DNA of 64,000 bases from Vicugna vicugna (taxonomy: Eukaryota), in contig MU062090.1 in assembly GCA_013265495.1 (NCBI GenBank), positions 3,039,679-3,103,678 on the forward strand, read 5' to 3'. The translations under genes were made by a program, and so were the position numbers. Position 1 is the stretch's first letter. Every line of letters starts with the position of its first letter. Below the pieces are notes generated by a model. It was not told the DNA's origin. It ran no database searches and saw only the letters and a program-made list of their open reading frames with translations. Shown here one piece after another: positions 13,791-26,270 of the stretch.

Positions 13791-14199
13791 TGAGCAACAG
13801 AATACAAAGAAACTATAAGGAACTAAAAATAACTTCACCCATGCACAGTTGGGGCAATTAAGAACAATAAAACACAAAAAGGCCACAAACGAACTGCCAC
13901 TTCTGAGGTGCCAGGACCAATAGGAGGGATCTGCGCATAATCTCTACACACAGCACCACCAAGGGGGTGGGCAGACCACCTAAGTTATGCCTCCTGCCCC
14001 ACCCATGGACCCACCCCTGTTCTTACCCACTTCAGGAACCAGCTTGCCCTTCCCTTGGGGAGTAAGCAAGGGCACCTGTTTCTTGTTTTCACTCCCTCCT
14101 GCTGTAGCACTAGTTCCAATAAAGCCTTGCCTGAATTTCTCATCTGACCTCTTATCAATTTCTATTGATTAAACAGGCCAAGGACACAGGTAGGTAACA
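13791..14199 (+). mobile_element. Unrelated solo LTR nested in the env tail
   Basis: AATAAA at 14118-14123, ends GGTAACA, and is not similar to the flanking provirus LTRs. The 5' boundary is approximate. Confidence 0.7.
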
Positions 14200-14401
14200 G
14201 AATCTGTAAAACTTCAAATGGCAATCACTTTAGGGATACGAACAGTTAGGGCTAAGGCTTGGTGACAATCAGACACATTTAAAAGCAGCTGGGGAGAAGC
14301 TCTGCTCCTCTACTTAGGGTTAAGATGATGCCAGAAATCAGCAGGCAGCGGTTACAAAACGAGTGCCTCTCAAAATGAGGAGCAAAAGACAGAGGAGGAG
14401 T

Positions 14402-14915
14402 TGTCACCGGCAAAATCCGCTTGTTAATGATTCCAGGGAAAGAAAAACAGAATCTGGGTAATAAAATAAAGTCTAACCTTTTTTCTTTTCCTTTGTGCTT
14501 CCTGTAGTTTCTTCATAGGGTACTGGCCGCAGAGGGCTTGCACCTTGTAGTTCAGCGTTCCTCCTGTGAAAAGGCTGCATCTGACACCTCAGCTTGGTAG
14601 GCCTTGTACAGAGATGCTGAGCCTGGCGTGATGATCTGGGGCTGTGAGTGGCCCAGCTAGGCCTGCCCCGCGAGAACTCTCTGCCCCGCGAGAACTCTCC
14701 GCCCCGCGAGAACTCCACCTTCTCCCTGCTGATGAGATCGCCCTAAAGCAGCCTTGCCTATGGGCGGAACGTGGGCTGTAGGGTCAAGCTCACACTTGTT
14801 CATTCTCTCCTCAAAGAATAAAGCTTTCCTTTGCTTTTGAACCTAACTCGGTCTCATTCTATTGGCTCAGTCAGGAGGACCCTTGCTGGGGCCCTACTTG
14901 AAAGGATCAGTAACA
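14402..14915 (+). mobile_element. 3' LTR of the provirus (contains a 3 x 18-bp repeat)
   Basis: Follows the polypurine tract AGAGGAGGAG; TG...CA ends; shares an R/U5 block with the 5' LTR. Confidence 0.85.
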
Positions 14916-15354
14916 TATTCACACAAAGACTTATTCACAAATGTACATAGTCAAAACCTGGAAACAACCCGGTGGCCATCCATGAGTGAGTGAATAAACA
15001 GGTTTTACTGATTCTATACAATAGAATACTTCTCAGCAATAAAAATGGGCAAACCAACGATAAGTGCAACATAGGTAAATCTCAAAATAATGTGAAAGAG
15101 TACATACTGTATGATTTCATTTATGTAAAACTCTAGAAAATGCAAACTAATCTATAGTGAACAGAAAACAGATTAGTATTTGAGGAGTGGAGGAGTCGGG
15201 GTGAATTAATTACAAAAGGGCACGAGGGAACTTCAGGGAGATAATGAATATGTTTATTATCTTGTGATGCTTTCACGGGTATGTCCATGGGTCAAAATTC
15301 ATCAGATTATGTGCTCTAAATATGTGCAGTTTATTGTGATAAAATATACCTTAG

Positions 15355-15490
15355 CGTGGGCAGGTACAGCCCAGTGGTAGAGTGCATGCTTAGGATACAC
15401 CAGGTCCTGGATTTGATCCCCAGTACCTCCATTAAAGTAAATAAATAAATATACCTAATTACCTATTCCCCCCCTCCACAAAAAAGAATG
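15355..15490 (+). mobile_element. tRNA-derived camelid SINE (Vic-1-like)
   Basis: A/B-box head GTACAGCCCAGTGGTAGAG...GATTTGATCCCCAG, AT-rich tail, and 14-bp TSD AAAATATACCTTAG (15341-15354, 15491-15504). Confidence 0.85.
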
Positions 15491-15727
15491 AAAATATACC
15501 TTAGTATAACTGGGGAAGGAAAAAGAAAATACAATTGTATATATTCAAAACAAAGGGGTTAAAGCACCCATAATAAGCTAAAAGAAAAACTGAAATTTTT
15601 GAATATCCAAATACAGTTGAATATGCATGCAAATACAGCATGATACCAAATAAGGCAAAAATTATTTGCATTTAGTTTTTATTTTGCACTTTCCCTTCCT
15701 TGCTTCCATATCCAAACTAAGTATGTT

Positions 15728-16240
15728 TGTAGGGGAAGAAAAATCTTTCCTTCTACCCTTCTGTGTTCTCAGCTGGGGCTCCTGCAACAAAGACAGATTA
15801 GTAAGGGAAGAACAAACAGAAATTTGTTAACACGTAAATCTTGTAAATGCATGGGAGAAACCTGGGGAAAGAGAAAGAACAACTGAAAAAGGTGGCTTAG
15901 AACTCCTGCTTATATAGCGTCTTCAACAAAAAACCAATAAATCTGTAGAAAAGGACAAGACAAAGAAAGCAGTTTTAGGCTTCCAAGGGCGGCAAACTAC
16001 ATGGGAAGAAACTAATGGAGCTAAGGTCTTCTTGCAGATTCCTCAGGTGCTGTCCCTGGGCTAGTAAGAGTTGAGAATCATCTCCAGTAAACAAGAATTT
16101 GTATCCTACCTTTAGGCAGAAAAGGTGGACAGGAGAGATAGCTTTTCTTCTGTTTGCTTCTTCTTAATTGCCTTCAGCTCAAAATAATTTTGGCAAAGAA
16201 GCATGTTTGGGGGTCACACATTCTGGTTTTCTCTCCCTTA
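15728..16240 (-). mobile_element. ERV1 solo LTR (MER34-like)
   Basis: Ends resemble the reverse of the LTR family at 56920-57477. Confidence 0.65.
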
Positions 16241-16465
16241 GTTATACATTAGGGGAATTATTTCCTTTAATTGCTTTCTTGAGTCACTTCATATTTACTT
16301 ATTGAATTAAACTGGGTTTTTTTTTCCTTAAGGGGAGATGAGAAAGAGCTTGATTGGTGTGTACATGCGCGCGCGCGCGCGGGGGCACACTCTTCGAGGT
16401 GGGACACGTGGAAATGTGGCTAGTAAGTAGCAGGGATATCTCAGTTCAAAGTTGTTTCCCTTACA

Positions 16466-16850
16466 CCAGTGATTCTCAAACTTTTCTGGCGTCAGGATCC
16501 ATTTTGCTCTTAAAATATATTGGGTACCGTAAAAAAACACTTGTTCTAATGGGAATGTATGTCAATATTTATTGTGTTAGAAATTAAAACAGAATTTCAG
16601 AAGTATTTATAAATTCATTTAAAAAATAATAAACCCATTGCATGTTAATAGAAGTAACATATTTTTATTAAAAAAAATTCATTTTCAAAAACATTTAGTG
16701 AGAAGAATGGCATTGTTTTGCATTTTTATCAATCTCTGTAATGTCTGGCTTGGAAAAAGACAGCTGGATTCTCCTGCTTCTTCATTTAATCTCTTGTGAC
16801 ATCACATGTCCTGTAGCCTCTGGAAAACTCCACATGTCAAGTACAGTCAT
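16466..16850. mobile_element. hAT-Charlie-type DNA transposon fossil
   Basis: CAGTGATTCTCAAACTTTT terminus and an AT-rich Charlie-like body. Confidence 0.55.
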
Positions 16851-18158
16851 GAGAGTACAGGAGTAAACAAGGCAAATAACATCTTAGCATTGTTAGAGTG
16901 AGAACTGTTTGTACTTCAAGGATCTTAGTGAGAGAGGGTTTTTATCTGCCCCAAATCTCTTCTCTGGGAGAGACCTTCAGCCCATGTCAGTAGGACCAGA
17001 CTCAAGTCGCAGCATGCACCTGACACACTATCCTGTTTTACAAGAGTACCATTGAAAGAGAGTCAACAACCTTCCCTGTTTTACAGACTATTTACCCGAT
17101 AAAACAACTGGAGCTTCAGTAATGCTGGGGAAAAAGGATATGAGGCCAAAGATTACAAGGAATGTTTATATATCTAGTTAACATTTGTCCCCAAAGCCTT
17201 AAGAATATATTTAAAACTGGATTTTAAAAAACCTTTATTAAGGACAAATTACTCTGAAAATTGACCCCAAAACACTAGGTGTCACATTAGCAATCAAGGG
17301 AATAGTCCCCTGACCACATTTTTCTTGAATTAACAACGAAGTTTCCACTGTTTTCCTAGACAACAGCAGCTAACCATTAAGGGTTCGTTTAGGGCAGAAC
17401 ACAGTCTTCATTCAGTCATGCCCAAAACAGTGCGTTAATTTCATGTAATTATGTGCAGAAACCCGGTATTGTGTGTAAACGATACTGTTTCTCACCACAG
17501 AGTTTGGGAACTGGTGGTAATTGCAGCTCCAGAAAAGGTCTAGCTTCATTTAATAGAATACATAAAGCCTATTTAAGGAATGAAAAAGTCAGTAGGTTTT
17601 GGTTGTGCATTGGTTCTTGAGGTTAATTACATACTTTCTCAGTGAGAGAAGAAAATACATTAAAAACCAGAGCTAAATCCCAATGGTAAAATCCTTCCTT
17701 TCCCACACTCCAGGAGTTCTTTCACGTTGTTTCTGTTTCCGTTTAATCATGTGTACTGTCACCCTGTCAGTGTAGTGCAGAAGATATGTGATTCATAGGT
17801 ATGGAATGCTCTTCCTGAGGGCTTTACTGGAACTAGTGGTACCCAAGAAGGGGGAGAGGAGAGTCAAGGAGCTTGTTGTCTAAATTTAGAGCAAAGTAAC
17901 AATATGCCCTGTGGGGATCAAATAAATAAATACTGCAAAAGAACCTACAAAAATATAAGTTGTTTTATTATCAACAAATGTTTATTGAAGACCCACTATG
18001 TGTTCCATCAGCAGTTATCATCAAAGTGCGCTGTGCTGGGCAATGTGCACTATATACCAAGGTATGAGGTGCCTTTCTGTGCTGGAGTTTTACACTCTAG
18101 TTGCAGGGATAAGCACACAAGATAATATTAGATCAGAACAGAGAGACAGCAGATACAG

Positions 18159-18186
18159 TATTTATTATTATTATTATTATTATTAT
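18159..18186 (+). repeat. (TAT)n microsatellite
   Basis: Direct reading. Confidence 0.9.
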
Positions 18187-18244
18187 ATTGCATTATTATT
18201 ATCATATTAGATCAGAGCAGAAGTGTGGCAAAACATTCAAAAGC

Positions 18245-18415
18245 NNNNNNNNNNNNNNNNNNNNNNNNNNNNNNNNNNNNNNNNNNNNNNNNNNNNNNNN
18301 NNNNNNNNNNNNNNNNNNNNNNNNNNNNNNNNNNNNNNNNNNNNNNNNNNNNNNNNNNNNNNNNNNNNNNNNNNNNNNNNNNNNNNNNNNNNNNNNNNNN
18401 NNNNNNNNNNNNNNN
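18245..18415. other. Assembly gap
   Basis: Run of N. Confidence 1.
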
Positions 18416-18620
18416 CAAGAGCTCCCTCACCTCTTCTGCCATTTGAGGACATAGTGAGATCCAGATGGCTGTCTCCGAACCCGGGAGCAGGCCCTCACCA
18501 GACATTGAATCTGCTGGTACCTTGATTTTGGACTCCCCAGCCTGTAGAACTGACAAATGAATTTCTGTGTTTATAAGACACCCAGGCAATAGTATTCTGT
18601 TAGAGCAGCCCAAACCTCCA
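18416..18620 (+). mobile_element. MaLR LTR 3' half (MLT1/MST-type), cut by the gap
   Basis: GAGGACATAGTGAG...CACCAGACATTGAATCTGCTGG...AATGAATTTCTG...AGCAGCCCAAAC. Confidence 0.75.
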
Positions 18621-19206
18621 GTCAGGGGTTGCCCCAGGCAGCTTTGTGGATCTGGTGTGACCTGAATACTCAAGGTCTGAAAGAGTATGGTCCATGGAGT
18701 ATTATTAAAGCCAAAATTATTATTGACAATTTCCTGGCCCAAAACTAGGTTTGTGCTTATGTTAAATGTCTTAAATACCTAGTAGTATAAACTTCTGTAT
18801 ACTATCCCCTACCAGCCCCCAAGATGTAAAGGAGAGAACCAAAGAATTTCCACTGTGAAATTTTTTTAATGAGTTAAAGTGTAAACGATTCATAAACATA
18901 AGGATTTTATTTCCCTTCAGAGTCTCCAGCCCGAGAAGAAGGTATGTGTCTGGTGCAGTTTGCTGTTTGCCGCAGGAAGCATGTTAAGGCTAGGAGTGAG
19001 GTTGGGGAGACCATTTGATCAGGGTCCTGGCACGGTCTTCTCTTTCCCACATGTTGAGCTGACTGCTGTCAAGAACACTTTTTGCTATTGAGCAAATTTA
19101 TGGTCATTCCATTTAGTTTGATTAAATAACTTCCTTTGGGGAAAATATTAGACATTGTTAATTAGATGTTTCTCTAGAAAAGTCTAAAGGAATCAATTCC
19201 GTTTGG

Positions 19207-19776
19207 TGTTGTGTAGTAAAGAGTCTAACTTTTACTGCAAAAAGAGGCTTGGCCTTGTCCTCAGCTTCCTGGTAGGAGAGTTTTTGTTAGCCTGGGGGTC
19301 CTGGGCCAGCAGATAGTCACCAATGATGTAGGGTGGGGGGTTTGAGGCTGTATCAGTGGACCTCCTGAAGGGCTGGAACCTTTAACCATTGGATAAAGAC
19401 TGGGCCCCTAGGCTTGGGCAAATACCTACCTAGGCTTGGCTTCCTTGGTTGGGGACACTCAATGCATTTTGTCACATATCAGTGCCAAGAAAGTGACAGT
19501 GTCATGACTCCATGGGGAGAGGAAACAGAAATTCTGCCTTCCGTACTCTCTTGAACTCTGCCCTGTATATTTCGTTCTCTGCCTGAATCTAATCTGTATC
19601 CTTTAGCTGTATTAAAGCATAATCATAACAGCTTTCAGTCAGTTCTGTGAGTTCTCCCGGCAAATTATCAAACCTAAGTATGGTCTGAACCTCTGAACTT
19701 GCAACTGATGTCAGAAAGGAGGCAGTCTCTTGTGTGTTCTGCTTCTTCTAACTTTTCAGACGGCTAAACTCTCACA
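19207..19776 (+). mobile_element. MER21/MER77-like solo LTR
   Basis: TG...CA ends; CAGTTCTGTGAGTTCT...AATTATCAAACC block typical of the group. Confidence 0.65.
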
Positions 19777-20138
19777 GGTAGAAAGGCACGTGTGTATGGC
19801 TTGCAAAAGTCCCCACCAGCTCAGCTTTACTGCCTGAAGTCTATCAGCCCTGGCCTAACCTCATAAAATGCAGGTAGAATATTCCTACCAATATTTTGGT
19901 CAGGAGAAATCACATCGAAAGGAAGATTGGCGCAGTTTGGGAAAAGAGGACACATACACAGACAAAGATGTCCATCCAAACATTTACCTGAAGAGTGAAT
20001 AGAGGACTGACTACATAAACTATGATATTGCATAGAGTCAATGTTATTTTAAAGATTGGATAGATATTTACATCCTAACATGAAAAGATCTCCAAAATAG
20101 TTTATTAAATTATAAGAGCAAAATACAAAGAATTAGCT

Positions 20139-20709
20139 TTTTTTAAATTGAAGTATGGTCAGTTTACAATATTATGTCAATTTCTGGTGTGCAACATGTT
20201 TCAGTCATACATATACATATATATATTTGTTTTCATATTCTTTTTCATTATAGGTTACTATAAGATATTGAATATAGTTCCCCGTGCTGTACAGTAGAAA
20301 CTTATTTATCTAGTTAGTATCTGCAAATCTAGAACTCCCAGTTTATCCCTCCCTACACCATTTCCCTCCAGTAACCGTAAGTTTATTTTCTGTCTGTGAG
20401 TCTGTTTCTGTTTTGTAATTACAACTTCATTTGTCTTTATTTTTTAGATTTCACATATGAGTGGTATCATATGGTATTTTTCTTTCCCTTTCTGGCTTAC
20501 TTCTCTTAGAATGACTATCTCCAGGTCCATCCATGTTGCTGCAAATGGCAATATTTTATTCTTTTTTATAGATGAGTAGTATTCCACTGTACAAATATAC
20601 TACAACTTCTTTATCTAGTCATATGTCAATGGACATTTAGGTTGTTTCCATGTCTTGGCTATTGTAAATAGTGCTGCTATGAACTATGTATTTTTTCCAA
20701 TTAGAGTCC
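20139..20709 (-). mobile_element. Relatively young L1 3' end
   Basis: TTTTTTAAATTGAAGTATGGTCAGTTTAC... antisense L1 3' UTR running into the ORF2 end; cut by the gap. Confidence 0.85.
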
Positions 20710-20885
20710 NNNNNNNNNNNNNNNNNNNNNNNNNNNNNNNNNNNNNNNNNNNNNNNNNNNNNNNNNNNNNNNNNNNNNNNNNNNNNNNNNNNNNNNNNNN
20801 NNNNNNNNNNNNNNNNNNNNNNNNNNNNNNNNNNNNNNNNNNNNNNNNNNNNNNNNNNNNNNNNNNNNNNNNNNNNNNNNNNNNN
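20710..20885. other. Assembly gap
   Basis: Run of N. Confidence 1.
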
Positions 20886-23800
20886 AAAGGAGTAAATGTT
20901 TAATGAAGAAGTAAAGAAGTTTAAACAGTTTTCTTTGGTTGGGGATGTGTGCTAACTTGGGCATGCGGACTTGCTTATCTGGGGACCCGGAATTGTGAAA
21001 CAGAAAAGGAAGAAAAGCCAGTCCGGAGTGTGTTAAAGAGGAAGCTACTCCCACGGTCCATGGTGGTTCACGCCCCTCTGAGGACCCCCTGAGAAAATGT
21101 AAAACACCTTCCCAATTGTCAGCCCAAGGGATAGGAGAGGGGAGCATGTATCTGCTGCACACTCCCAAGTTCCCCTTAGCTGGCCAGAGTTTGTCCACGG
21201 GTGTGAACTCCCTGGCACTTCCAGGCTTGTGGCCACAGTAGAGTGTCTGAGCAGCTCCCTCCAGCATCCCTCCAGGTGGTGGCAGGGCAGAGAAGCAGGG
21301 CTTCTCTGTCAAGTTAGGGCTGCACATGCCTGGCTCTCACAGCTATGCCTGGAGCAAACTGTGGGCTTAGAGGATGCCAGGACACAAAGATCTCTGACAT
21401 GGAGTAGGATTCTGGAATTAATCCAAATGCTGGACTTCCTAGAAGATGTAGAATTTCTGGAATCCCAGGTGCAATTGTGACCTGGAAAGACTCAAAGTCA
21501 TACCTAAGATGACTGGATCAAGGGGAGGTCACCGTTGGGCTCAGTGCCCTGCTTTCAGTATTTCTCCCCGCCACTCCGGCAGCATCTCCTCACATCCACT
21601 GACGGTGGGTGCGCTCTCCTCCACAGCTGTTGCGGATCTTGTTCCTCTTTTCCTCTCCCAGACTCTTCCTAGAGAAGCCCAGGCCTAGGAGGAAGACCCA
21701 CACCCCATCTCCCAAGCCCAGCTCACCTTCCACACCCTCCAGAGACCCTGACTGCCACACCACTTAAGTGGAAGTCTCTGGTCTCTGAAATTCTTCCATT
21801 GCCCGACTACCGATTCTGTATTTAAACATACACAGCTATGAATTTAGGTAATAGTTTGGGAGGTTATATCTTTTACATCTTGTATCTTCAGCTGGAGAGT
21901 TAGTTCTTTGAGGACAAGTCATGAATTGTGTTTCTTTGAACCTATCAATACCAGGTAGAGGAATTATGGGTAACAGATATTCAATAAATCTGTGGTTGAT
22001 TGTTGATGCAGCCCCATTCTGCAAAGCTCCAAGAGCAGCTAGTTTCAAGGCAAATGAATGAGAACAACAGAACATCCAGGGTTCACGTGTAACAAAGGGA
22101 CTAAATCTGCTTGTCCTCATTAAGGCAGTGAATAGATGATGAGCCAGCTTGAGTAAGCAAATTCCGCTATTGACCTAAAGTTCATTTTTGTAGGGAGATT
22201 TCTGGTAAAGCCCTAAGCTTAGGACTGCCAAGATAAGACTAGCCAGTAGAGAACATGACAATAAAACTGAAATGGGGGAAATATGCCTTAGAACAAAGAA
22301 TACAATGTACTTGCTTTATGAAGTAAAACTCAAGTCATGAGTTATAGAACAACCAATACTTTCTCCATCCTAACCTTAATGTTCAGATCCACTTCTTGGG
22401 TAGAGGGTGGCAGCAGACCAGTATTTGCAGCCTCCTCCCCTTCCTCGATCACCCCTGTGAATGTAGGTGGCCGTGTGACTTGCTTTGGTCAATGAAATAT
22501 TCATGGAAGTGATGCATGTCATTCTCCAGCAGAAGTGTTTAAGAACCGGTAGCCAAGTCTCTAAGCTGTCTTCCTTTGCTGCAACAATCATAGGATCAGG
22601 TATTCAGATAGAGATGCAGCATAGCTGGAACAGGAAGATGGAGTGCATTCACTGAAGCCACACTTACTGAGCACCATGCATGTGCAAAGCACTGTTAGAC
22701 ACTGGGAATATGCCAGCGCACACGGCAGTCTCTGCTCTCTGGATTTTCCTGTCTACAAAGCAGGCATTTATTTTTGATTTATATAAATCAGATTTAACTC
22801 TGGCTGTGACTCATATTACAAAGGGAGATAGAACATGCCAGGAGAGCACATTACATGGACATCCTGAGGTCTAAAGGGAGGGTTGATTACCAACAAGCAG
22901 GAGTTACCAGTTAAAGAATATTCCCAACTGGGGTCCTGAGGGAGAGAAGGGAGTTGTGAATCTGAAGAAGAGAAGGCCAGCTTGATTAGGCAAGAGAAAG
23001 TGAGGGCAGAGTCCACCAGGCTCATGAAACACGTAGAAACCACACTGTATGGGCCTTGTGGGCTTTGTTAAACATTTCAGTCTCTCACTCTAAAACTTAT
23101 TTGGGTATTCTTGAAACAATTAAGGGGTCGTGTATGATCCTCCTACCATATTTTTCCTTGCTCCAGCAACCCTCGTGAAGTGGCAAGAGTTCTTTCTTGC
23201 TGAGACAGATTTAAGCACGTTGAGAGACTGAGCAGGTAACCCTGCCATGAGGTCTGTGAGTAGTGTCTCCCATGCCTCCAGAGGTTACCACTACCTTCTG
23301 CCACCCCACAGTATTGGGCGAGGTTCTTCAGAAGAGACCAGGATCTGCTCTGGCTAGATCGGAAGAAAAGGATTTGTTATAGGTATAGAGACTCCATGAG
23401 TCTCTTATGGAAACATGGAGAAATGGATTCTGTGCTGGGTTACCAGGAAGACCCCAAAGCCACCCCATATTGCTGAGCCACCAAGAAATCTGCTGCCCTG
23501 TCACAATGAGGCCTCTGCCTGTTGAAACTGGAAGCAGATGCTGCAACTGCTGACTCAAAACAACACAAATCAGGAAATTGGATGTCACGTGACCTGCCTC
23601 TTTCCCCACGTACCTCGGTTGCAAATTCAAGGCTTGCACAGACAGAATGGATCAGCAGAACTTAAATCACATCCAGAACCTAGCTTCAGGGGCGGCCGGG
23701 AAAAAGTGTTTGAAGTCTGTAGTCTCTGCTGTAGGGAAAACCTGCTGCAAGGGGATTGAAAGAGATATTGAGCATATAATTCATGATGTTCATCACACCA

Positions 23801-24119
23801 CATATCAAAAGAATCCAAGTGAGTTGTCTGCTTTCAAAAGTCTTCCAATTCTCACTTCAGCTCTTTGAAACTGAAAGAGGTGATTAGGCAGGCATCCTAA
23901 CCCTGGCTGATTAATAACAAGGGAAAGAAAGTGCCGGGCTATTAAAAACAGGTTGTTTCTCTTACTCTGCAGCTGGCTCCTTGGTTCCAAGGACACAGCC
24001 GTACAACAGGATGTTTTGTGTTCCACAACTGCGCATCAATCCCAAGGACAGACCTCAGTATCTCGTCCTTTGTTCTCTGTTTTCTCTGCCGAAGTTTCTG
24101 TTTTAGGGCTGGACTCCAT

Positions 24120-24390
24120 GTGAGGAAAGAGCCAGTAATAGAAGGTGACTGGCACCACCAGAATGAAGATTAACAATGGCAGAGCCCCCCAGTAGAAGAC
24201 CCAGCAGACTGACTAGGGGCTAGAGCTGTCTCGGCCAGCTACCTGGCCGATATCTCCCTGCTCGAGTGTTTTCTTGTTGTGCTTCCCCACCCCGCTTCTC
24301 TCTCTGAGTAATAAAGCAGCCTTCTTTTCCACTCTGTCCCTCTGTCTCTATTGAGAATTCTTTCTCAGTTGGCAGACAAGGATCCACACA
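24120..24390 (+). mobile_element. LTR-like element
   Basis: AATAAAGC followed by U5-like CTATTGAGAATTCTTTCTC...GATCCACACA; boundaries uncertain. Confidence 0.5.
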
Positions 24391-25129
24391 TCTTGGTGGG
24401 GGTGCTTGCCCACCCATTTGGTGGGCTTTCCAATTTGGGGGTCTCTCTATCCACTAACAGAACCCTATCCTTATCTAAAGTGCCACTCTCCTTGTCTAGT
24501 GCTAGATCTTCCCATGAGCATCCAATTAGCCCTAACGGTTGAAAATGTTGGAGTAAATATCAGCTACCCAGTAGTCCTGGTGGTGATGATGATCATGATG
24601 ACACCAGAATCTAACATTTATTGAGTTCTTGATATGTGATGGGCTCTATAATAAGCATTATCTCACCTAATCGTCCCAAAATACTCTGCATTATATATTA
24701 TTATTATTACTTCTATTTTACAGAAGAAGAGACTGAGACTTACAGGTTACAGATGTTACAGATCATGTGACAAAGAAGTAGCTGAGAGAAACCTAAATAC
24801 AGTAAGTAAGTTGTTGCTCAGGCAACAACTCTTATTCTTTTGTCTACTATTAACCTCTGCATTTCTGAATAATACACTTATACTGGTTTTTCAATTTTAG
24901 ATATTAGCTATTGTCTTTTTGGTAGGGCAGATGAGAATTTATTTCTATAAATCTCTACAAATTTCCCCTTTCCACAGCCCTTTAATATGGCTATTCCAGA
25001 GTTTTGTTTAATATGACATTTACTGTGTTATTGTTATGGCTATGTAAAAACTGTTCACAGCTTCACCATAAAGTATGCCAAAAATGTCTATACATTTTTT
25101 TCTGTAGTTAATAATAGCTTCATTTTTAA

Positions 25130-25700
25130 TAACAGCTTTATTGAGACAAAATTCACATAAACTATAATTCACTCATTTGTTGTGTACAATTCATTGGTTT
25201 TCAGTAGATTCACAAAGTTGTGCCACCTTCACTACAAACAATTTTAGGATCTTTTAATCACATCAGAAAGAAACCTCTTACCCTTTAACTATCACCTTCC
25301 ACACCCCCGCTTTTCCTTGCCCCTCTTAGCCTTAAGCAATCATTAGTCTCCTTTCTATATATATTTGCCTATTTGGGATATTTAATATAAATGGAAATTT
25401 ATACATGGTCTTTGGTGTCTGGCTTCCTTCACTTGGCATAATATTTTCAAGGTTCATCAATGTTCTAGCATATGTCAAGTACTTTTTTAGGACCAAATAA
25501 TATTCCATTGTACGAAATCACATTTTGTTGATCCATCCATCAATTGAAGGACATTTGGATTGTATTTACCTTTTGGCAGTCTGGCAGTCCCTCAAAACTG
25601 TTGACAAATAGTTGACAAATACTTATCAGCTTGTCTTTGCCTATCTTCATATCTCTCATTTTCTCTCTAATTCTTTTCATATCATGGAGCAGTTTTTAAA
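25130..25700 (-). mobile_element. L1 (L1MB-like) 3' region
   Basis: AACAGCTTTATTGAGA...TTCACTTGGCATAATATTTTCAAGGTTCATC, typical antisense L1 text. Confidence 0.75.
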
Positions 25701-25769
25701 TGTCCACACATTTTTTGATGCTCTTCTTTCAAAGAGTGGAACTCTTTCCTCACCTGGCATATGGGCTGG

Positions 25770-26270
25770 GATTTCCCTCACCTTGTGTACGTGCTGGACT
25801 GAGTGACTCACTTCCAACTACTAGAATATGGTGGAAGGGATGCTGTGTGACGAGATCATCACAGGCACCACAGCTCTCTCCTTGCTCTCGCTCTGAATCG
25901 TGTACTCTGGCAAGTCAGTAGCCACTTTGCGAGAATACATCAGGCAGCGCTATGAGGAGGCCCATGTGGTCCACCTCAGGGGAGGAGGGTACAGGAGACT
26001 GTCTTCCTGGTTCAGTGGCCTTGCTATTGTTATTATAAAGAGCTTTTTGAAACTATCTTTTCTGCCCCTCCCCCCACTTTATTTGCTCTTAGTGTCTCTG
26101 CGCAGCTCCATTTAGGTCCTACCGCCAGCAAGTTCCTCTCCATGAGGGACTTCGTCCTGGAAAGGAGAACCAGCTGGTTAGTTCTGAGATTTAGTAGGGC
26201 CCAGACTGCCCCACACCATTTAATCTTTCCTTTGTCCTCACTCTTAGAAGCCCTTTCCAGCTCTGGCACT
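25770..26270 (+). mobile_element. MaLR LTR (MLT1-type)
   Basis: GTGACTCACTT...GAGGAGGCCCATGTGG motifs; apparently interrupted. Confidence 0.5.

Larger units (their letters stand above)
11373..14915 (+). mobile_element. Internally deleted ERV1 (gamma-like) provirus with two LTRs and 4-bp TSD TATT, inserted in an old L1
   Basis: TGTCAC...GTAACA LTRs at both ends. TATT at 11369-11372 and 14916-14919. The L1 sequence resumes across the insertion. PBS, RNase H and env TM remnants lie inside, and a polypurine tract precedes the 3' LTR. Confidence 0.9.

Noticed and set aside
15355-15430. tRNA gene (also at the other four SINE heads)
   Set aside because: tRNA-like A/B boxes are followed by AT-rich tails and TSDs, so these are SINEs.
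18125-18221. 18-bp direct repeat ATATTAGATCAGA(A/G)CAGA flanking (TAT)n
   Set aside because: Abuts an assembly gap and a microsatellite; probably slippage or a contig-end artefact.
18188-18742. ORFs spanning N runs (also at 20655-21327 and 27967-28240)
   Set aside because: Artefacts of translating assembly gaps.
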